NCBI GenBank assembly: GCA_044450345.1
Contig: JBIOIY010000005.1
Location: 1-64,000 of the forward strand
DNA: 64,000 nucleotides
Reading direction: 5' to 3'
Origin: Thermodesulfovibrionales bacterium
GTDB taxonomy: Bacteria; Nitrospirota; Thermodesulfovibrionia; Thermodesulfovibrionales; UBA6898
Shown: in pieces, positions 1 to 9,781 of the stretch
Layout: every line of letters begins with the position of its first letter
How positions within the stretch are numbered: the first letter of the stretch is position 1
Translations under genes and position numbers: made by a program
Notes under the pieces: model-generated
Database searches by the model: none
What the model was told of the DNA's origin: nothing
The model's input: only the letters and a program-made list of their open reading frames with translations

Positions 1-1140
1 AGGGAGAACAATGACCTGAGGTACCGGTTTCGGCTGAAGAGAAAGCGATATCTTTCGCTTCTCCAGGTCGACCCCGAGCACATATACCTCGACCGTCTGT
101 CCCATCTCGACAACCTCTTTCGGATGGTTGATGCGTCTGCCCGCGCCGAGGTTCGAAATATGAATCAGGCCTTCGACTCCGGGTTCGAGCATAACAAAGG
201 CGCCGAAAGGCGCAAGGCGCATTATTGTGCCGCTGGCCCTCGCGTCGACGAGATATTTTTCGTTTACACCTTCCCACGGGTCCGCTTCCAGAGCCTTCAT
301 ACTCAGGGTCAAACGGTTGGCGCCCCAGTCGAGGGCAATTATCTTTGCAGTCACTTCCTGTGCTGCAGAAAATACGTCCTCAGGCCTCCTGCTCCTGTCC
401 CATGAGATCTCACTCGCGGGGATCAGACCGTCGACCCCGCCGAGGTCGACGAAGGCGCCGAAATTCTGTATCGAACGGACAGTGGCCTTTACGGTCATGC
501 CTACGGAGAGTTCTTCTTTGAGCTTATCGATCCTGGTCCTCCGCTCTTCTTCGAGCATGGCCCTTCTGGACAATATTACGTTCTTCCCGTTTTCCTCATA
601 TTCGAGCACCTTGAACGGAAATGTCTGCCCCAGGAAGATGCCCCCTTCCCGTCCGCCCTTCAGATCGATCTGCGAAAAAGGACAGAAACAGCGCACGCCT
701 CCGACAGACACCTCGAAGCCGCCCTTCACTTCACGTTTCACTGTCCCGTTCACCGGCACCCCCGCCTCAAAGGAGTCGCGTACAGCTGCCAGAGTGGACG
801 CCGAATAGCCGTTCACAGTTGTGGTAAGCCTCCTGACACCGTCTTTGACATTGATATAAAATGCATCAATCTCGTCGCCGACATGCACGGATAGCGTCCC
901 GTCTTCGGCCTTGAACTCCGTTACATCGATAACACCCTCGCTCTTTCCCCCGAGGTCGATATACACGAAGTCACCTGAAATACTGACGACCTTCGCCCTC
1001 ACCTTCTGGCCGGGGCCGAGCCTTTCATGGGCCGTGCTCTTCGCCAGGAGTTCTGCAAAGTCCTCTTTCACTTCTGCAGCGACTTCCGTGCCTGCGTTAT
1101 GATTTACATCTGAAGGATTTTCGATATTTTCATTCGACAT
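1..1140 (-). CDS. rpsA: 30S ribosomal protein S1-like multi-S1-domain protein (runs off the window start)
   Basis: Manual translation from ATG at 1140 gives repeated S1 motifs: FVYIDLGGKSEGVI, FGAFVDLGGVDGLIPASEISW, FGAFVMLEPGVEGLIHISNL. May be an S1 paralog. Confidence 0.8.
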   Translation of the reverse strand, partial: MSNENIENPSDVNHNAGTEVAAEVKEDFAELLAKSTAHERLGPGQKVRAKVVSISGDFVYIDLGGKSEGVIDVTEFKAEDGTLSVHVGDEIDAFYINVKDGVRRLTTTVNGYSASTLAAVRDSFEAGVPVNGTVKREVKGGFEVSVGGVRCFCPFSQIDLKGGREGGIFLGQTFPFKVLEYEENGKNVILSRRAMLEEERRTRIDKLKEELSVGMTVKATVRSIQNFGAFVDLGGVDGLIPASEISWDRSRRPEDVFSAAQEVTAKIIALDWGANRLTLSMKALEADPWEGVNEKYLVDARASGTIMRLAPFGAFVMLEPGVEGLIHISNLGAGRRINHPKEVVEMGQTVEVYVLGVDLEKRKISLSLQPKPVPQVIVLP

Positions 1141-1360
1141 AGCTTAATACCTCACTTGTTAAAGTCCTCAGGCTTTTCCACCTTGAAGCAGTTTGATACA
1201 GACAGAGGTATTAAGTGTATAGGATTTGCCGCTCCCGAGTCAATGGTGGGATATAAACGGGAAGCGATGGGATGTCAGATTACAAAATGCCGCCAAAAGG
1301 AGGCCATGATGCGCCTTTCCGCTTTACCCCGATACGACGGAGGACATATACTATGTATAT

Positions 1361-1522
1361 ATGGACAAGAAAGCCGTCTTAAAGAAGAACCCCTGTCCCG
1401 ACTGCACGTTCTGCCAGTACTGCAGCAAGACCCGCTGCAGCATGTGCCTGCCGAAGGGCTGCAAGAAACCTAAGAAGGAAAACACGAACAAAATACATAT
1501 ACCGCTATTTCGCCCTTACTGA
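1361..1522 (+). CDS. Small Cys-rich protein, 53 aa (MDKKAVLKKNPCPDCTFCQYCSKTRCSMCLPKGCKKPKKENTNKIHIPLFRPY)
   Basis: Below the ORF-track cutoff. Seven Cys including CxxCxxCxxCx4CxxC. GGAGG at 1339-1343 is rather far upstream. Confidence 0.6.
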   Translation: MDKKAVLKKNPCPDCTFCQYCSKTRCSMCLPKGCKKPKKENTNKIHIPLFRPY

Positions 1523-1606
1523 CCGCCCGTCCGTCGAAAAATAAGAAATATCCCGTTGAGGCGCCGGCATCGCCGCTCCTGAGGGGGCTTGAGAATTCCT
1601 GTCCAG

Positions 1607-1634
1607 TTGACTCTCCCCGCAGGTTTGATACAAT
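1607..1634 (+). promoter_or_regulatory. Putative sigma70 promoter TTGACT-N16-TACAAT
   Basis: Near-consensus -35/-10 boxes upstream of the binding-protein/kinase operon. Confidence 0.45.
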
Positions 1635-1739
1635 GTGAGTAGACAAAGGGATCCAACGTATCGAATCGGTCTGCAAACACATGAAATGGTAGATAAAAGT
1701 CTTCGTATACGTATACTGGAAGATGTCCCCGGGGATATA

Positions 1740-2597
1740 ATGCTGGTCGACTACAAAATCCGCAAGTCCTTGCGCATAGTCACTATCGCCGTCTTCATTA
1801 GCCTCGTACTGTTTCAGTCAAACGCTTGTTCCTGGGCCGACGATCAACAGGTCACGATAAAGATCGGCGGCACCGGGGGCGCGATAGGTGCGATGAAGGA
1901 GCTTGCGGCAGCCTTTCAGAAAAAACATTCGTCTGTAAGGATCGTCTTTATCCCGAATCTTGGTACAAGGGGCGGAATTAAGGCGGTTGCCGAGGGAGCA
2001 ATTGATATCGGGATTTCCGGCAGAGCGCTCACCGCCGCAGAGTTGTCCCAGGGCCTAAAACAGATCGAGTATGCGAGGAGCCCCTTTGTATTTGTTACGT
2101 CATGTAATGGAGCGGGGATAAACCTGACGCCTGACATGGTAATTAAAATCTACAGAGGCGAGATAAAAACGTGGCCCGACGGCACGCCGATACGCATAAT
2201 ACTGAGGACGGATGGCGATATGGACACGATCATGCTGAAAGCCCTTTCGCCCGGGCTGAAAGACGCCGTGGGGACAGCGCAATCCAGGGAGGGGATGATC
2301 ACTGCCATTACCGACCAGGACAGCGCGGATCACGTCGAGAAGATCAAGGGCTCCTTCGGTACTTCAACGCTCACACAGATCATTTCTGAAAAGAGGGAGG
2401 TCACTATGCTTCCCTTTAACGGGGTGATGCCGGGCGTTGAAACTGCTGTCAAAGGCGCTTATCCATTTTCCAAACCTTTTGTCATGATCACGGGACCGAA
2501 GTCCGCGGTGGCCGGAAGCTTTGCCGGATTTGTCGGCTCACCGGAGGGCAGGGCAATACTGACGAAAACGGGCAACATGGTACCAAAGGGGAAATGA
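1740..2597 (+). CDS. PstS-like periplasmic substrate-binding protein
   Basis: Signal peptide, IKIGGTG, LGTRGGIKAV..GAIDIGISGR and YPFSKPF motifs of the phosphate-binding PBP2 family. Start chosen at ATG 1740. Confidence 0.8.
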   Translation: MLVDYKIRKSLRIVTIAVFISLVLFQSNACSWADDQQVTIKIGGTGGAIGAMKELAAAFQKKHSSVRIVFIPNLGTRGGIKAVAEGAIDIGISGRALTAAELSQGLKQIEYARSPFVFVTSCNGAGINLTPDMVIKIYRGEIKTWPDGTPIRIILRTDGDMDTIMLKALSPGLKDAVGTAQSREGMITAITDQDSADHVEKIKGSFGTSTLTQIISEKREVTMLPFNGVMPGVETAVKGAYPFSKPFVMITGPKSAVAGSFAGFVGSPEGRAILTKTGNMVPKGK

Positions 2598-4697
2598 ATG
2601 GACGCGATCAGGAAAATGACGAGATTCTCGGTGGTCTTTTTTAGTGTCCTTGCGGTTATGATCGCACTCCTCATCCCGGCCGGCTATTTTATTCTCGGAT
2701 ATCAGAACCAGAGGGCGGTCTTCGAAACAGAGGCGCACATGAATTCCGTTTTCCTCTCCGAGATCATAAGCGCAAACCCCGGATACTGGCGCTACGAACA
2801 GTTCAGGCTTGTCGAATCTCTCACCGCGCATACGTCCAGGAGGTACGGAGAGATGCGCCGCGTTATCGATAGCAAGGATTCAGTAGTTGCACAAACGGGG
2901 GGGAAGATAGAGTCGCCGGTGATTACCGTTTCGCACGCTGTGTATGATTCGGGTGTGCCGGTGGGGAGGGTTGAGATAACGGGGTCTCTTCGTCCTCTGC
3001 TGAAATATACTTCTGCAGTGGGGTCGTTCAGTGTTTGTCTCGGGGCAGTGATCTTCCTTGCGCTGAAGGCATTCCCGCTCCGTGCCTTGGCAAAGGCCAT
3101 GCAGTCAGCATATGAGGAGAAGGAAACGGCGCATGCGATCCTGAATAATATTCCGGACATAGCCTGGTTGAAGGACAAGGACGACAGGTATATCGCGGCG
3201 AATGAACCGTTCGGAACGATCTGCGGCGTGGCCCCGGCTGATCTGGCAGGGAAGACTGATCTGGATCTCTGGCCCCGCGACTTGGCGGAGCGGTACAGGG
3301 CGGATGACAGAGAGGTGATGGCCACGGGCAAAAGAAAGTATATCGACGAGCCCCTTGTCGACAAAGATGGAAAGACGACCTGGATATTAACCATAAAAAC
3401 GCCTATTTTCAATGACAAGGGGGAGGCAATAGGAACGATAGGAATAGCACGGGATTTTACAGAGCGGAAGCAGATAGAGGATGAGCTGAGATACAAGAAA
3501 ACCGTCCTCTCCATCCTTCAACAGATCTCCCCCAGCGCGCTACTGTTGGTTGACGAAAACTCCAGGATCACCTCCTATAATCAACAATTCATCGACTTAT
3601 GGGGTCTGCCCGGAGAGATGGTCAGCGCCGGTATCGATGAGCCCGTGCTTCGGGTAGTCTGCCAACGGATGGAAAATCCCGAGGCATTTCTCGCCAAAGT
3701 CAATTACCTGTATGAGCATAAGGAGGAAACGAGCCACGACGAGCTTCAGTTGCGGGACGGAAGGATCATTGACCGGTATTCGTCGCCGGTGACTGGAGAT
3801 GATGGCAGGTACTATGGCCGGGTCTGGGATTTCCGAGATATCACAGAACTCAAACGGGCTGTGGAAGAAGTCCGCAAGCTGAATGAAGGACTTGAACTGA
3901 GGGTGGCGGAAAGAACAAAACAGCTTCTCGATGCACAGGAGGAACTGGTCCTGAAGGAAAAACTCTCCACACTCGGGCAGCTTGCAGGAAGTGTGAGTCA
4001 TGAACTGAGAAACCCGCTTGGGGTAATGAGTAATGCCATATATTATCTGAAGACTATAATGTCCGGCGCCGATGAAACTGTCAAAGAATATCTGAACATA
4101 ATTAAGAGTGAGATTGACATATCAGAGCGGATCATCACAGACCTCCTTGATTTTACGAGGACAAGGACGTCTCAGACTAATATGGTTGCAGTGGATGATC
4201 TTATAACGCAGAGCATCGGGGAGTGCAAAGTTCCCCAGTGTATTTCGCTTCGGGTCGAAATACCGGACACGCTTCCGGCGGTGAAGGTCGATCCGCTCCA
4301 GATGGGGCAGGTGTTTCAGAACCTGGTAACCAATGCGGTCCAGGCGATGCCTAATGGAGGCGAGTTGTGCATCAGCGCACGTCTGGCGGATAATGTAGGG
4401 GGAGCCCTGCGTGGCTCCCCTGTTTCGGGCGACCACACAGGGTCGCCCCTACAAAAGGACACTGATTTCATCGAAATCAGTGTCACCGACACCGGAGAGG
4501 GGATATCGCCGGAGAATATGAAAAAACTTTTCCAACCTCTGTTCACGACCAAAGCACGGGGGATAGGCTTGGGGCTTACGGTTGTGAAAAATCTCACAGA
4601 GGCAAACGGCGGAAGGTTAGAGGTCAAGAGCGAATCAGGCAAGGGGACAGCATTTACGGTGATACTGCCGGCAATAGTAAATAGGGGAGGGGGATAG
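2598..4697 (+). CDS. Membrane PAS-PAS sensor histidine kinase
   Basis: Two TM segments, two PAS/PAC domains, H-box SHELRNPL, N-box NLVTNAVQA, DTGEGI, FTTK, GIGLGL. Confidence 0.95.
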   Translation: MDAIRKMTRFSVVFFSVLAVMIALLIPAGYFILGYQNQRAVFETEAHMNSVFLSEIISANPGYWRYEQFRLVESLTAHTSRRYGEMRRVIDSKDSVVAQTGGKIESPVITVSHAVYDSGVPVGRVEITGSLRPLLKYTSAVGSFSVCLGAVIFLALKAFPLRALAKAMQSAYEEKETAHAILNNIPDIAWLKDKDDRYIAANEPFGTICGVAPADLAGKTDLDLWPRDLAERYRADDREVMATGKRKYIDEPLVDKDGKTTWILTIKTPIFNDKGEAIGTIGIARDFTERKQIEDELRYKKTVLSILQQISPSALLLVDENSRITSYNQQFIDLWGLPGEMVSAGIDEPVLRVVCQRMENPEAFLAKVNYLYEHKEETSHDELQLRDGRIIDRYSSPVTGDDGRYYGRVWDFRDITELKRAVEEVRKLNEGLELRVAERTKQLLDAQEELVLKEKLSTLGQLAGSVSHELRNPLGVMSNAIYYLKTIMSGADETVKEYLNIIKSEIDISERIITDLLDFTRTRTSQTNMVAVDDLITQSIGECKVPQCISLRVEIPDTLPAVKVDPLQMGQVFQNLVTNAVQAMPNGGELCISARLADNVGGALRGSPVSGDHTGSPLQKDTDFIEISVTDTGEGISPENMKKLFQPLFTTKARGIGLGLTVVKNLTEANGGRLEVKSESGKGTAFTVILPAIVNRGGG
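4394..4453 (+). repeat. GTAG-type REP doublet (60 bp) lying in frame inside the kinase gene
   Basis: TGTAGGGG...CCCCTACA ends enclose two hairpins, GGGGAGCC-n6-GGCTCCCC and GGGCGACC-n6-GGTCGCCC. Confidence 0.8.
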
Positions 4698-4700
4698 AAA

Positions 4701-5474
4701 ATGGGAGAAAAGACAAAGGTGCTTGTCGTGGACGACGACCGGAGGATGGTCAGGACGATCTGCGACATCCTGAAGGTAAAAGGCTATGAAGCTGCGGAAG
4801 CATATACAGGCGAGGAGGCGGTTGAAAAAGTGAAGTCCGATAATCCGGACTGTGTGCTGATGGACGTCAGGATGCCCGGGCTCAACGGGGTGGAGGCGTT
4901 GAAGATGATCAAGGGCACATCCCCAGATCTTCCGGTTGTGCTGATGAGCGCCTATGCCACGGAGGAGCAGGTGGCGGAGGCCAAACAGCTTGGGGCAGAC
5001 ACTGTACTGACAAAACCGGTTGACCTTCAGATGATCTTTTCCTTCCTCGCGCTTCTCAGAAAGGAAGAGAGCATCCTGATTGTGGACGATGATCCGAATT
5101 TCTGCAGGACTGTCGGCGATGTTCTGCGATCGAGGGGTTACCGGGTAGAGACCGAAGCAGACCCTAAAAATGTCCTCGGGCATATGGAGCAGAATTACAA
5201 ACTGGCGGTCATACTTGACCTTAAACTCGGAGATACGGACGGACTGGAAGTACTGAAGGCCGTTCGGTCCAGATATCCCTCAAAACCGGTAGTGCTGGTA
5301 ACGGGCTACAGAGAAGAGATGACCGATACGATCGAAAAAGGACTTAAAATAGGGGCCTATACATGCCTGTATAAGCCTTTTGAGATGGAGGGGCTGCTGG
5401 ATACGATAAAGGAAATAAGCCGGAAAAAGCGCGGGAACGTGCTCGGGGAGACATTCTACGGCAGAGGACATTAA
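4701..5474 (+). CDS. Tandem two-receiver-domain response regulator
   Basis: Two REC domains (VVDDD..LMDVRMP..KP; IVDDD..ILDLKL..KP) and no output domain. Confidence 0.9.
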   Translation: MGEKTKVLVVDDDRRMVRTICDILKVKGYEAAEAYTGEEAVEKVKSDNPDCVLMDVRMPGLNGVEALKMIKGTSPDLPVVLMSAYATEEQVAEAKQLGADTVLTKPVDLQMIFSFLALLRKEESILIVDDDPNFCRTVGDVLRSRGYRVETEADPKNVLGHMEQNYKLAVILDLKLGDTDGLEVLKAVRSRYPSKPVVLVTGYREEMTDTIEKGLKIGAYTCLYKPFEMEGLLDTIKEISRKKRGNVLGETFYGRGH

Positions 5475-5475
5475 C

Positions 5476-6423
5476 ATGATACACAAAGCCCGGATATTGA
5501 TTATCGACGATGACCCCAATCTGAGGAAAACCCTTTCCGACATTCTCGGGGCAAAGGGCTATGAAACATTGACGGCCAAAGACGGGGCAGAGGGGCTTGA
5601 TCTGTTGAAGCAGTGCTCCGTCGATGTCGTTCTCATCGACCTGGGGCTTCCCGATGTTCCCGGAATCGAGGTGCTGAATACGGTAAAGGCCTCATGCCCG
5701 GCCACAGAGTCCATCATCCTTACCGGGAATGCCACCCTTGATTCCGCGATCGAGGCAACGAACAAAGGGGCTTTTTCTTATCTTCAAAAACCGTATGATA
5801 TCGATCAGCTCATGCTGCATATAAAACGCGCTATCGAAAAACGGGAGGCAGGAAGGAAGATCTTGATGCAGAGCACTGAACTGAAAAAAATCAACGCAGA
5901 GTTAAGGGTCCTTTATGCAAAAGCAAACGTCTCTTCACTCCACGATTCTCTTACGGGACTCGCCAACAGGCGCTTTCTTGAAGTCCAGCTGGAGAAAAAT
6001 TATGGATCCGCAAAACGCTACGGTCAGCCTCCCTCCATCATCATGCTGGACATAGACCATTTTAAACAATATAACGACACCCACGGCCATGTTGAAGGAG
6101 ACGGACTGCTGGTGAAGATTGCGCATATATTTTTAAAAGTCATAAGGAAGGCCGACTATGTTTTCAGATACGGAGGAGAGGAGTTCCTGGTCATGCTGCC
6201 CATGACCAATATTACTAATGCCTGCAAAGCCGCCGAACGGCTGAGGAGAACGGTGGAGTCTGAGGCCGGGATCACCGTAAGCCTCGGCGTATCTTCGTAT
6301 CATGAGTCCATGCAGGACAAGGAATCCTTGATCAGGGACGCAGACAATGCATTGTCCCGGGCAAAACAGAACGGCAGGAACAGAGTCGAGGTGAGCACGC
6401 TGCCCTGTGAAAGGGAAAAATGA
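5476..6423 (+). CDS. REC-GGDEF diguanylate cyclase
   Basis: REC domain, DSLTGLANRR, LDIDHFK, RKAD I-site and GGEEF. Confidence 0.93.
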   Translation: MIHKARILIIDDDPNLRKTLSDILGAKGYETLTAKDGAEGLDLLKQCSVDVVLIDLGLPDVPGIEVLNTVKASCPATESIILTGNATLDSAIEATNKGAFSYLQKPYDIDQLMLHIKRAIEKREAGRKILMQSTELKKINAELRVLYAKANVSSLHDSLTGLANRRFLEVQLEKNYGSAKRYGQPPSIIMLDIDHFKQYNDTHGHVEGDGLLVKIAHIFLKVIRKADYVFRYGGEEFLVMLPMTNITNACKAAERLRRTVESEAGITVSLGVSSYHESMQDKESLIRDADNALSRAKQNGRNRVEVSTLPCEREK

Positions 6424-6459
6424 TAAAAAGAAGAAAAAAAAAGGCGGATGGGGGATCTT

Positions 6460-7467
6460 ATGGATAAACCAAGAATTCTGATAATAGACGATGACGCCAA
6501 TCTCAGAAAGACCCTCTCAGATATATTGAGGGCGAAAGGATATGATGCGCTGGCAGCCAAAGACGGCGCAGAGGGGCTTGATCTGTTGAGGCGGTGTTCC
6601 GTAGATGTCGTGCTTATCGACCTGGAACTTCCCGATATTCCCGGGATCGAAGTGCTTGACGCGGGGAAAGCATCCTGCCCGTCCACAGAGGCCATCATTC
6701 TTACCGGGAATGCCACCCTTGATTCAGCAATCGAGGCAACAAACAGGGGGGCCTTTTCCTATCTGCAGAAACCATATGATATCGACCAGTTGATGCTCCA
6801 TATCAAACGTGCTGTCGCTAAACAGCAGACAGAAAAGGCGCTGCTGGAATCGGAGAACAAGTTCCGTGATCTATCGGAAAAATCGTTAGTCGGTATTTAC
6901 CTCATACAAGGCGATATATTCAGTTATGTTAATCCAAAGTTGGCCGAGATATTCGGTTATACGGCCGATGAGTTGACTGATAAAAAGGGACCCGTTGACC
7001 TGGTCATGCCGGAGGATTGGCCCCTCGTCGAAGAAAATGTGCTGAAAAGGCTGTCTGGGGAGGCTGAGTCCATTCATTATAGTTTCCGGGGCATAACAAA
7101 GAACAGCGAAGAAGTGTATGTCGAGGTATATGGATCGAGAACACTTTATCGGGGAAAACCCGCTGTCATCGGGACGCTCCTTGACATTACGGAGCGTAAA
7201 CGCTTAGGGGATGAACGGGAAAAACTCATCACCAAGCTTCAGGACGCGCTCTCAAAGGTGAAGACCTTGAGCGGAATGCTGCCGATCTGCTCTTTCTGCA
7301 AAAAGATCAGGAATGACAGCGGATATTGGTTTCAGCTAGAAGCCTATATCAGCGAGCATTCTGAAGCTGAATTCAGTCATGGCCTCTGTCCCGAGTGTGA
7401 GAAAAGGCAATATGAAGAACTTGAAAAGCTAAAAAAACATGGAGACAGAGACGGCAGTGATAGATGA
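6460..7467 (+). CDS. REC-PAS protein with C-terminal Cys/His motif
   Basis: REC and PAS domains, then LPICSFCKKIR...FSHGLCPEC. Confidence 0.88.
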   Translation: MDKPRILIIDDDANLRKTLSDILRAKGYDALAAKDGAEGLDLLRRCSVDVVLIDLELPDIPGIEVLDAGKASCPSTEAIILTGNATLDSAIEATNRGAFSYLQKPYDIDQLMLHIKRAVAKQQTEKALLESENKFRDLSEKSLVGIYLIQGDIFSYVNPKLAEIFGYTADELTDKKGPVDLVMPEDWPLVEENVLKRLSGEAESIHYSFRGITKNSEEVYVEVYGSRTLYRGKPAVIGTLLDITERKRLGDEREKLITKLQDALSKVKTLSGMLPICSFCKKIRNDSGYWFQLEAYISEHSEAEFSHGLCPECEKRQYEELEKLKKHGDRDGSDR

Positions 7468-7538
7468 TGCCTCTTAGAAGACCATCTGAACGTCATGTAG
7501 GCCTTTCCCGATATCCCCAACACTTTCCGCCTCGCTCC

Positions 7539-7568
7539 TTGACAAGCCTTTAAGTATTGATTTATGTT
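7539..7568 (+). promoter_or_regulatory. Putative sigma70 promoter TTGACA-N18-TATGTT
   Basis: Perfect -35 box in an AT-rich gap upstream of the hyf-like operon. Confidence 0.4.
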
Positions 7569-7735
7569 AGAGAGTTTTCATAAATTTTATATTTTCTAAA
7601 CGCTTATAGATAGATTGGACCGAAATGAAGCTTAGTGCGAAGGACGTCACCGGACTCCTCGACCTGTCTTGCGGAGAAAATATCTGTGAGGTTTTTCTCC
7701 GCAATGAGGCGGGGATAGAGTGAGGCAGCAGATTA

Positions 7736-9781
7736 ATGATGCCTGAGCAGATAGACCTGGCCTCCTTTTCCGTTCTCCTGCTTTTACTGCCGGTTGTACT
7801 TGCGCCGTTCATCGCGCGCAGCCAGCGTCTTCTTTCGTACTTCACCTTTTCCGTGACTGCGACCGCCTCTCTTCTATCGGTAACCGCCGGGGCCTGGGCC
7901 GTCCTGACCGGCCGGACGCAGAAGATCCAGCTGCTTATAGGGCTTCCCGACCTCCATTTCCATCTGAGACTCGATCCCCTTTCCGGCTTCTTTGTAACGG
8001 TCGTCGGTCTTCTGGCCTTCTTTGTTTCCATCTATTCGATAGGGTATATCAAGGGGTTTCTGGGCAAGAGGTCCGTGACCAGCCTCGCTATTTTCTACTG
8101 TCTCTTCCTTGCCGGAATGTATATGGTAGTCCTCTCCGACGACGCGTTGATCTTTCTGATTTCCTGGGAAGTTATGGCCGCGGCCTCTTATTTCCTGGTG
8201 ATGTTCGAAAATGAGCGCATTGAAAACAGGCGGGCCGCTTTCCTCTATATGGTCATCGCTCATGTGGGTGCAATCGCAATCCTTCTCTCCTTCGGAGTGC
8301 TGGCGGGCCTCGCCGCAGGTTTCGGGAGTTTCAGCGGCTATACCTTCGATGCGATGCGCAGCGCCCATTTTCCGGTCGAATGGGCCACTGCGGCATTTCT
8401 CCTTTCGTTCTTCGGGTTCGCTGCAAAGGCGGGCGTCGTCCCCCTGCACGTATGGCTGCCGGAGGCACACCCCGTTGCGCCGTCGAACATCTCTGCACTC
8501 ATGTCCGGCGTAATGCTCAAGACCGCGATCTACGGGATCATCCGCGTCACCTTCGACCTCATAAAAGTGTTCCCGTGGTGGTGGGGGGCGATAGTACTCG
8601 TATTTGGACTCGTTTCCGCGGTCATGGGCGTGCTCTATGCGCTGATGCAGCACGATCTGAAAAGACTTCTCGCCTATCACTCTGTCGAGAACATCGGCAT
8701 CATCCTTATAGGAGTGGGACTGGCGATGATCTTCACCTCCTTCAAACTGCCGCTCCTTGCCGCCCTGGCCCTTACTGCGGGCATCTATCACACCCTTAAC
8801 CACGCTATGTTCAAGGGGCTCCTTTTCATGGGAGCAGGCGCGGTTCTGCATGCGACACACGAACGCAACATGGAGGAGATGGGAGGACTCATTCACGTGA
8901 TGCCCTGGACCGCTGCGCTTTTTCTGATCGGCTGTGTGTCGATATCCGCGCTGCCGCCCTTCAACGGCTTTGTGTCCGAATGGCTCACGTTCCAGGCGTT
9001 CCTCCTCTCCCCGTCCCTCCCGAGCCCGCTTCTGAAGCTGCTCATACCTATGGGTGCTGCACTTCTTGCGCTTACAGGGGCCCTTGCTGCCGCCTGTTTC
9101 GTAAAGGCCTTCGGGGTGACGTTCCTGGGCCACTGGCGCGGACACCGCCGGCCGAATGTTCGGGAGGCCGACTGGTTTATGCGCCTGGGCATGATCATGG
9201 CGGCCCTGACCTGCTTCTGCCTCGGTATTTTCCCGACACTCGTCATCGGCTGGATGGACTCCATCCCCGAACAGTTGGTCGGCACCGGGCTCGTTACTTC
9301 GGCAGGGACCTTCGGCTGGATGTGGCTTACCCCGGTGGCCTATGAACGTGCGTCTTATTCAGGCCCGATAGTCTTCTTCGGCATACTTTCGGTCGTAGTT
9401 GCCGCATACTTTCTTCTGCACGTAAAGCCGGGCGCCATAAAAAGGGTCCCGATCTGGGACTGCGGCTTCGAGAAGATCAACCGGAGGATGCAGTACAACG
9501 CAACCTCTTTTGCGATGCCTATACGGAGGATCTTCGGCTTCCTCTTCCACATAAAGGAACACACCGGGATAGGCCCTCAAAGCGCTCATAAAGCCTTTCC
9601 GAAAAAGCTCTACTATTCCCTGAGGGTCAGGGACCGGTTCTGGGGATGGCTCTATAAGCCGGTAATCGAGCTGAGCTTCTGGATCTCGCGCAAGGTCGGG
9701 AGGCTTCAGCAGGGCAGGATCCAGGCGTATCTTATCTATTCGTTCCTGACGATAATAGTCCTTCTGGTGTTCCTGCGATGA
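7736..9781 (+). CDS. hyfB: Hydrogenase-4 component B-like antiporter subunit (NuoL/MrpA family)
   Basis: Multi-TM protein with FLISWEVM, PLHVWLPEAHPVAP and LKRLLAYHSVENIG. Confidence 0.9.
   Translation: MMPEQIDLASFSVLLLLLPVVLAPFIARSQRLLSYFTFSVTATASLLSVTAGAWAVLTGRTQKIQLLIGLPDLHFHLRLDPLSGFFVTVVGLLAFFVSIYSIGYIKGFLGKRSVTSLAIFYCLFLAGMYMVVLSDDALIFLISWEVMAAASYFLVMFENERIENRRAAFLYMVIAHVGAIAILLSFGVLAGLAAGFGSFSGYTFDAMRSAHFPVEWATAAFLLSFFGFAAKAGVVPLHVWLPEAHPVAPSNISALMSGVMLKTAIYGIIRVTFDLIKVFPWWWGAIVLVFGLVSAVMGVLYALMQHDLKRLLAYHSVENIGIILIGVGLAMIFTSFKLPLLAALALTAGIYHTLNHAMFKGLLFMGAGAVLHATHERNMEEMGGLIHVMPWTAALFLIGCVSISALPPFNGFVSEWLTFQAFLLSPSLPSPLLKLLIPMGAALLALTGALAAACFVKAFGVTFLGHWRGHRRPNVREADWFMRLGMIMAALTCFCLGIFPTLVIGWMDSIPEQLVGTGLVTSAGTFGWMWLTPVAYERASYSGPIVFFGILSVVVAAYFLLHVKPGAIKRVPIWDCGFEKINRRMQYNATSFAMPIRRIFGFLFHIKEHTGIGPQSAHKAFPKKLYYSLRVRDRFWGWLYKPVIELSFWISRKVGRLQQGRIQAYLIYSFLTIIVLLVFLR

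Noticed and set aside
7874..9145. 423-aa antisense ORF (and similar shadow ORFs across the window)
   Set aside because: It lies opposite a well-supported gene and has no recognisable motifs.
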